From: an uncultured Pseudomonadales bacterium
GTDB lineage: Bacteria > Patescibacteriota > Microgenomatia > UBA1400 > UBA1396
DNA length: 64,000 nt
Assembly: GCA_964511175.1 (NCBI GenBank)
Contig: CAZEEI010000003.1
Span: 13,716 to 77,715, forward strand
Reading direction: 5' to 3'
Shown here piece by piece: positions 58,050 to 64,000 of the stretch (position 1 is the stretch's first letter; each line of letters starts with the position of its first letter). Under the pieces are notes generated by a model. It was not told where the DNA came from. It ran no database searches and was given only the letters and a program-made list of their open reading frames with translations. Both the position numbers and the translations under genes were made by a program.

Positions 58050-59740
58050 CGTCCTTTTCTCCGTTTAACTGACCAAGTAGCCATAGCGGCAAGGCTAATC
58101 CAGGCCAGTTCACTAACTAGCAGTGTACGCCAACGCCAAGGAGTGGGGGTAAAGCGGGCGCCCACACTAGTCACTGGTTTGGTGAATTGATGCTGTCGCC
58201 GTCCATCCGGCAAAAGCAGTGGCGTGATGGGTTGATCATTAACATAGTATTCCCATCCCGGAAAATCGGCGATATTCCAAGTGATAGTACCAGCGGATTG
58301 ATCGGTAAACAGGAGTAATTCCTGCGGCCGGTTTAGTTCCCAACGAGTGCTATTGTCTGGTTCGACGACAATCCGTTGATCTGGAGCCACTGGCGGTAGA
58401 GAGCGGTTGAAGGTGAGTGGTAAATAATCCGGCAAGATTTCACTCATTTGGGTGCGGATCCGCTGGGGATCGGTGTAGTAGTAACCATCATCTTCGGGTA
58501 AAAACTTTTCGGGACGGTGGAAAGACCACTGGCCAATCAACACCAGCCCAATTAAGCCCAAGCCAGTCAGCCAGCGATAAAGTGGAGCGTGAATACGGCT
58601 CACACCCCAACTAGCTACGGCGGTCAAAAGGACAATCGCTACTCCCAAAAAACGCCAGGGAAATTGGATGAAGGGTAAAATGGGAACTGCTTCCCAAATT
58701 AGTTGGGAATGGGTTAGGGTGAGGGCGAGTGAGCCAACTGCCGCCAAGCCGAAGCTGATAATTAGGTAGTCGCGCTCGTCGCCGGACCAACGGTGTTTTT
58801 TTTGCCACTGGTGCCAAACACGGTGAATTAAATTTAAGCCGGTTAGAGCGACAGCGGCAATCAAAGGCCAACCGAGGTGAAAACTAAAGCCGTCGTTAGG
58901 GCCAAACTCGGAACCGCCGTAACCCCAGTGTGGCAGGAAAAGTTGGCGGATATACAAGAAATGGAGGTGGTAGTCAAAATAGCCAGAGAGTATTTCGCCG
59001 ATTGTGGTTTGGTCTTTTTCCAGCCAGGCTGGTAGGGCGTAAAACAAACTGAGCAGTAGGCCCAGTAGGCCGGCCATGATTAGGGTGAAACTTTTGTGGC
59101 GGCGGCGGGGCTGGGTGGTTAACCAAATGTTTAGTAAGCCGAGGGTATAGAGAATGGGTAATGCCAGCAAAGCAGTAAGATTGTGGGTCAAAACTAGGGC
59201 GGCTGTCCAAAAGGCGGTGTAGATTAAACCGCGGCGCGCGTGTTGGGGAATCAGCCAGAGGCCGTACAAAATCCAGGGCAGGATACCGATGGCGAAAACT
59301 TCGTTCAGCGCGCCGCGCACATATAAATCCACGGCACGATAGGGCGCAGCTAGCAGCAAGGTGGCTCCCACCAAACCAGCAACTCGACCCCAACGGCGCA
59401 AAAACAAATACATGCCGGTAAACGCCAATAGCCCCGTTAGGGCAAACACCATTTTAACCGACCAAACCGGCGTCAGTCCCAAGCTGTTGAGCACGACACT
59501 CAAGAAGGAAGGTAGCGGACCATAGAATAGGAATAAAGGCATACCGTAGCCAAAGCCTAAGTTTTGCGCCCAGATCGCCGGCCACTGCCCGGCATCCAGC
59601 GCCCGTTTCATCTCCACTAGGCGGGCTACGTGGGTAAAGTCATGTACCCGGAAAAAAGTCGGTTGGAAAAAAGCCCAGCTAAACGCCGCTAACAAAACGA
59701 GCGACAGAGATAAGACGAACCAGTTTTTTAAGTACTTCAT
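58046..59740 (-). CDS. GT-C-like membrane protein (PTPS-related/YfhO-like)
   Basis: HDFTHVARL.E.......G, GFGYGMPLFLFYGPL, QFPWRFL; multi-TM. Confidence 0.75.
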   Translation of the reverse strand: MKYLKNWFVLSLSLVLLAAFSWAFFQPTFFRVHDFTHVARLVEMKRALDAGQWPAIWAQNLGFGYGMPLFLFYGPLPSFLSVVLNSLGLTPVWSVKMVFALTGLLAFTGMYLFLRRWGRVAGLVGATLLLAAPYRAVDLYVRGALNEVFAIGILPWILYGLWLIPQHARRGLIYTAFWTAALVLTHNLTALLALPILYTLGLLNIWLTTQPRRRHKSFTLIMAGLLGLLLSLFYALPAWLEKDQTTIGEILSGYFDYHLHFLYIRQLFLPHWGYGGSEFGPNDGFSFHLGWPLIAAVALTGLNLIHRVWHQWQKKHRWSGDERDYLIISFGLAAVGSLALTLTHSQLIWEAVPILPFIQFPWRFLGVAIVLLTAVASWGVSRIHAPLYRWLTGLGLIGLVLIGQWSFHRPEKFLPEDDGYYYTDPQRIRTQMSEILPDYLPLTFNRSLPPVAPDQRIVVEPDNSTRWELNRPQELLLFTDQSAGTITWNIADFPGWEYYVNDQPITPLLLPDGRRQHQFTKPVTSVGARFTPTPWRWRTLLVSELAWISLAAMATWSVKRRKGR

Positions 59741-61287
59741 AACACCTCATATAACTCTAGATCGGTAGCCCCGTAAGGACGCGGATAACGAGCCAATAGT
59801 TTGACCTGATCAGCCGGCACTTCCATTCGGTTAGCGTTGACGACCAGCCAAGTCGGATGATCCAATGCCTCAGCCCGGACCCAATCGGGCAGGTATTTTA
59901 CTGGATATTGTTCCAAACCCTCGATCCGCAGGTATTGAATTTCCGGTGCGCGGTCAAAGTACATCAGTAAGCCATCTGGCAGAGTACCAAAGGAACCTTC
60001 TGTAACCACGGTGGTGCGTTCCCCGCGACGCGCGCGAGTCAGCAATTGGTCACGAATGGCGGTTAGGCCATGGCCGGAAGACCAACTAGTTAAGTATTGT
60101 TCCCGATCGGCTAGGACAAAAGGAATCTGGTTGGGAGTAAAGTAACTAAGCAGCATAAAACGTAGTGAGCCGATCAGAAAGAAGCCAACCAGAACCACAA
60201 ACACCAGGCGGAAGAAACCATCTTTGGCGTGATCGACCATCTGCCAAGCTTCGGCCGTAAATAGTGCGGCGCTCAAAGTTAGGAAAGGCGCAACCGGCAA
60301 AAAGTAGCGCGGGTGTAGAGTACGGCCGTAAACGACCAGGGGTGCGGCCATCATTGCGGCGCCTAACCACCAGAGCCAATGGCGTCGATTTTGCCGTGAA
60401 AGTAGCAGAGCAATAGCGCTGAGTGACAACAATTCGGGCCGCAAGTAAGCACTAAGCCACTGCAGTAATCGACCGACATTATCTAAGGAAGTCCGCCACT
60501 GTCCAGCTAGTAATTCAGCGGTGGTAAAAGTGAAATCATTAGAGCGGCCGAACAAACTGCCAAAGTTTGGTTGCAGGCGCAGGGAGTAAAAGATGAGCAG
60601 ACCTAGCAAACCAGCACTGCCAAAGTAAATCAGCCGCCCCAGCCACTCGCGCCAGGCCAGTGAACGTAGTGGCCGGTGGTCAAGACACCAGGGTCCCGAG
60701 AGAGCAAAGGCGACAAAAAAGGGAGCTAAGAAAAGGGCCGGCGTTTTGGTCCAAAGAGCTAATCCCCAACCTAGGCCGCCAACCAAAACGCCGGCCCAGC
60801 GTCGCCCCGGAAAATGGATTAAAGTCAGACCGACTATGGTCACACTCAACCACAAAGTCAATGTCGCATCCAGCAGTGCCATGCGGTGGTGGAAGAACCA
60901 AAACGGAGCCAGCAGAATAATCGACGCGCTGGCCAGTCGGGCAATGCGGTTGCCCCCATAACGTCGCACCAGCCAGTCGCTGGTGGCCAGTTGGCCTAAA
61001 CCAACCACCACACTAACCAGCCGACCAGCCCACAACGGATCGTTGGCTACCGTCAGAAAAGGGGTTAACATCCAGATAAATAAGGGAGGTTTACCATCGT
61101 TAAGCGAAAAGAAAGCATAGCGGGACGGTTCGTGCAAAATCAACTGAGCCCAGCGAATATAAATGGCTTCGTCGGCAAAAACCGGCAGAGTAGTGAGTCG
61201 AATTAGGCGTGAAGCCAGATACAGCAACCCGGCGCCAACCGCGCTCAGCCACGGTAACCAGCGCGCCGACTGCCAGTGTTTGGTCAT
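59737..61287 (-). CDS. GT-C (ArnT-like) glycosyltransferase
   Basis: LPVFADEAIYIRWAQ, DGKPPLFIW, R.ALLD. Confidence 0.82.
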   Translation of the reverse strand: MTKHWQSARWLPWLSAVGAGLLYLASRLIRLTTLPVFADEAIYIRWAQLILHEPSRYAFFSLNDGKPPLFIWMLTPFLTVANDPLWAGRLVSVVVGLGQLATSDWLVRRYGGNRIARLASASIILLAPFWFFHHRMALLDATLTLWLSVTIVGLTLIHFPGRRWAGVLVGGLGWGLALWTKTPALFLAPFFVAFALSGPWCLDHRPLRSLAWREWLGRLIYFGSAGLLGLLIFYSLRLQPNFGSLFGRSNDFTFTTAELLAGQWRTSLDNVGRLLQWLSAYLRPELLSLSAIALLLSRQNRRHWLWWLGAAMMAAPLVVYGRTLHPRYFLPVAPFLTLSAALFTAEAWQMVDHAKDGFFRLVFVVLVGFFLIGSLRFMLLSYFTPNQIPFVLADREQYLTSWSSGHGLTAIRDQLLTRARRGERTTVVTEGSFGTLPDGLLMYFDRAPEIQYLRIEGLEQYPVKYLPDWVRAEALDHPTWLVVNANRMEVPADQVKLLARYPRPYGATDLELYEVL

Positions 61288-61342
61288 GATTTTATTGTAG
61301 GGGAGAAGGGGTGATTATGCCATCAAGAGTTATAATTGTCCT

Positions 61343-61852
61343 GTGTCTAACGACCTCAAATTAATCGCCAATGATTTTAATCACAGTCAAGCCCTTTTTG
61401 ATGCGCAAAAATTAGTTTTACAACAACTTCTTCAGGGTTTCGATGTTTTAATTGAACACTTTGGCAGCACCGCCATTCCTGGCACTATTGGCAAAGGCAT
61501 CATCGATATTTTGGTTTCGGTAAACGAAGAAGATCAGCTGAAGATTAAGGATTTACTGATATCATCCGGTTACCGCCGGGGTGAACTTAATAAAAAACCG
61601 GACGGTCGACTTTTCTTTTGTAACGTAATGGGGCAAAGCCAAGCCGGCGATATCCATTTACATTTAGTAATTAAGAATTCAGAAAACCGACTGCAAGTTA
61701 TTCGTTTTCGCGATTATTTACTCAGTCATCCGAAAGAAATAGAACTCTACAACCAGGAAAAACGACGTTTGGCTAAAACTACCGGCTATAACCGACATGA
61801 ATATACATCCCAGAAAGCTGGATTTATCAGGAAGCTGATCGGTAAGGCCTAG
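61343..61852 (+). CDS. GrpB-family nucleotidyltransferase-fold protein
   Basis: IEHFGSTAIPG..GKGIIDI, HLH, FRDYL..HP, Y...K. Confidence 0.88.
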   Translation: MSNDLKLIANDFNHSQALFDAQKLVLQQLLQGFDVLIEHFGSTAIPGTIGKGIIDILVSVNEEDQLKIKDLLISSGYRRGELNKKPDGRLFFCNVMGQSQAGDIHLHLVIKNSENRLQVIRFRDYLLSHPKEIELYNQEKRRLAKTTGYNRHEYTSQKAGFIRKLIGKA

Positions 61853-62124
61853 TTATTGTGTAGAGTATAGTTTTGCAACAATACGCCATACATTAAATAC
61901 CGTTCAATGGCCTCCGAGGAAAGATCGTTGGTCTCAACTTGATTAATCTGATCGGCGATATCTTTGATGTATCTTTTCTTAGCTTGCTGGGCAAGTGGTT
62001 TTGACCAACGCTTGGCTTCCTGTAAAAAACGTTTTGCTGCAGCGATCGATCCCCGTTGTTGCAAACTAACTACGCGAAACAGATCGTTCGAAAGTGAACC
62101 CACTAAAAGAATGTTGTCGGTCAT
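61849..62124 (-). CDS. Small helical hypothetical protein
   Basis: 91-aa ORF convergent with the GrpB gene. Confidence 0.6.
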   Translation of the reverse strand: MTDNILLVGSLSNDLFRVVSLQQRGSIAAAKRFLQEAKRWSKPLAQQAKKRYIKDIADQINQVETNDLSSEAIERYLMYGVLLQNYTLHNN

Positions 62125-62181
62125 AGCATTGCTCTAAGGATCATGACCGTATGATAACAAATTAGTTGCTGACGAAAAGAG

Positions 62182-63093
62182 TTACATCGGGCCCAGTACG
62201 CCAGCCACGGCAATCACTCCAGTAATCACTTTATCCTCAAAAATATCGTCGTCGAACGCTTGGCCCTCGCCCGCTTCTAGTATTTCGGCAATAAGATTAT
62301 CTTCGGTAAGGGTTTCATCTTCCTGGGAATAAATGGCCATCATTTCCGCGAAGGTAATCCCCAGCTGGTTAACAACCACTTCCCGTACGAGTGCGTTTTG
62401 ATATGCCTCTAAACGGCTGTCGCTGATCCAACCTAAGCCGCCTTCCGCTTTACCGCGCCGCCAAACAGCGAAAATATCGGCAAAGCGGCCACGGCGCAAG
62501 TTTTCCAAAATAAGTACATCGGTCATCGCCGTTAGGAAATAATCTTTACGTTGAGCCATCGGAATCTCTAATTTTCGGTAGGTTTGAGTCATAAAGCGTT
62601 CAATAAAGTGGCAGATCAAAAAGTGCATTTGCGCTAGTACGTGTTCAGGTGCAATTTGCGTGAATCCCCAAATGGCTTGATCGGAGCGCAGATCACCGTC
62701 CTGCGGTTTTAATCCGGCGTCGGCAATATCTTGCCCGTTTTGCATCCGCTCGCGCAGTTCGGTTAAAGCTGCTTGGTAAAGAGGAGACTGGGGGTCTAAA
62801 GCTTCATTTAGTGTCTGGATCATGGTTTGGCGATGTGGGCCCAGTTCAGCCAAGAGCGAATCGGCGCCCGGTTTCCCCCTGGACTGGTTAACATCGGCAA
62901 TGATTTTTGTGTCATCAGGAGATAAAGCGATTAATCTTTTCAAAAGCAGCCGATAAGCAAAGAAAGTATGACCAATCTCTGCCTGATTCTCTGGTGAGGC
63001 AAAGTTAGCGCGGGTTTGCTCTAACCGATCAAACTTCAATTGGTCGGCAAAATGCTGCACGTGGGAGCTGATGGTTTCAAGCGGAAACTTCAT
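62182..63093 (-). CDS. Hypothetical protein
   Basis: 303-aa ORF coupled (ATGA overlap) to the kinase gene. Confidence 0.65.
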   Translation of the reverse strand: MKFPLETISSHVQHFADQLKFDRLEQTRANFASPENQAEIGHTFFAYRLLLKRLIALSPDDTKIIADVNQSRGKPGADSLLAELGPHRQTMIQTLNEALDPQSPLYQAALTELRERMQNGQDIADAGLKPQDGDLRSDQAIWGFTQIAPEHVLAQMHFLICHFIERFMTQTYRKLEIPMAQRKDYFLTAMTDVLILENLRRGRFADIFAVWRRGKAEGGLGWISDSRLEAYQNALVREVVVNQLGITFAEMMAIYSQEDETLTEDNLIAEILEAGEGQAFDDDIFEDKVITGVIAVAGVLGPM

Positions 63094-63998
63094 TGGTTGT
63101 ATTGTACAACGGTTGGTTTTTCGGTTTTGGTGATACCGACTGGCAAGATTACCGTCACTGTGGTTCCGTGATTCAACTGCGATTCATATTGACATTCGCC
63201 ACCAAACTTTTTCTGTATTGTTTCTTGGACAAAAGCCACACCCAAGCCGGTACCACCTCGCTTTTGGGTGTAGAAGCGCTGGCCCAACCGCCGCAGTTGA
63301 GCAGTTGACATGCCTTTACCATTATCTTTAACCATAATCATAATTTTTCTTTTTTGTTGAGTGGCTCGCAAGCTGATTTTTCCGCCCGATTGATCGATTA
63401 GTGCTTCCAAGCTATTTTGCACCAGGTTTAATAAAACTTGGCGGAGTAAAGTTAAATCGCCAGCAATGGTAAGATCGACCGGGCAAAATAAACGTAACTC
63501 CACTTGTTGGCGGACTAAAAGGTGATGCACCACGTGCTGCACTTCGCTAAAGACCGCGCTAATTTTGATGTTGGTTGATGTGGCCGGTTCATTTTTTAAA
63601 TGACTGCGTGCCTGCCGGAGAACACTACAGGCATAGCCGAGACAAGATTCTAAGTCACTGCGTTGCCGATTAGAAAGTTGCGGACCGATTTCGGTAACAA
63701 TATTACTTAAAGTCGAAAGTGGCCCCGATAAATTGTGTAAGACCGCCGCTGCGTAATATCCCAGAGTTTGTAAAGTGGAAGCAGTTTGCCACTGAGACGA
63801 CAAGGCCAGAGCCTGCTCTTCGCGTTCTTGGCCAAGCCGTTGTACTAAGTGTCGTAGCCACAACAGTTGTTGAGTATGGTGGCGGCGCTGTTGAATTAGC
63901 CGGATACTTTCCAACCAGCCGCTTAGAAGTAAAAAAGCCAAAATTGGTAGGGAGGCTATGGTTGAGCGATTAAACCAAAGTAAAATAATTAACCACGC
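63090..63998 (-). CDS. Sensor histidine kinase (5' end outside the window)
   Basis: H box VLHNLSGPL, N box NLVQNS, DNGKGM, FYTQK, GTGLG; frame stays open to the window end. Confidence 0.9.
   Translation of the reverse strand, partial: AWLIILLWFNRSTIASLPILAFLLLSGWLESIRLIQQRRHHTQQLLWLRHLVQRLGQEREEQALALSSQWQTASTLQTLGYYAAAVLHNLSGPLSTLSNIVTEIGPQLSNRQRSDLESCLGYACSVLRQARSHLKNEPATSTNIKISAVFSEVQHVVHHLLVRQQVELRLFCPVDLTIAGDLTLLRQVLLNLVQNSLEALIDQSGGKISLRATQQKRKIMIMVKDNGKGMSTAQLRRLGQRFYTQKRGGTGLGVAFVQETIQKKFGGECQYESQLNHGTTVTVILPVGITKTEKPTVVQYNQ
63102..63135. repeat. Degenerate half copy of the TTGTACAA element inside the kinase 3' end
   Basis: TTGTACAACGGTTGGTTTT matches the copy B right arm TTGTACAACTGTTGGTTTT at 18/19. 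Confidence 0.5.
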
Positions 63999-64000
63999 GT

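Overview
Chromosomal window from a reduced-genome bacterium. It is most likely Patescibacteria/CPR of the Microgenomates type, inferred from the short IF2, degenerate DHH protein, many GT-C glycosyltransferases and gene order; it uses standard code 11. Core genes: end of the spc/alpha operon (secY-adk-infA-rpmJ-rpsM-rpsK-rpsD-rpoA-rplQ-rplM-rpsI), dnaX-ybaB-recR, cysS, uvrA, CIRCE-hrcA-grpE-dnaK-dnaJ, nusA-infB, recA, ftsK and pyk. Accessory content: an ~8.2 kb AT-richer defence island (type I R-M with an HTH-fused HsdM and DinD, plus a CD-NTase/SLATT CBASS pair nested between hsdS and hsdR), a PIN toxin-antitoxin-like pair, an atypical initiator tRNA and a large surface-glycosylation cluster. 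The most unusual signals are non-coding. (1) A 68-nt tmRNA-like tRNA domain (G3-U70, no D-stem, no mRNA domain) lies directly downstream of a small RNA with its own promoter and terminator. That RNA is complementary to it over 13 nt and carries a short frame whose stop codon sits in a hairpin loop, so the pair is a candidate split tmRNA. (2) A dispersed ~100-bp element of helically phased TTGTACAA palindromes occurs in three full copies plus one half copy. (3) A leader-peptide attenuator precedes a racemase. (4) infA appears to start at CTG. (5) An orphan small RNA sits at the island edge. All calls come from reading the sequence by eye; no database searches were run.
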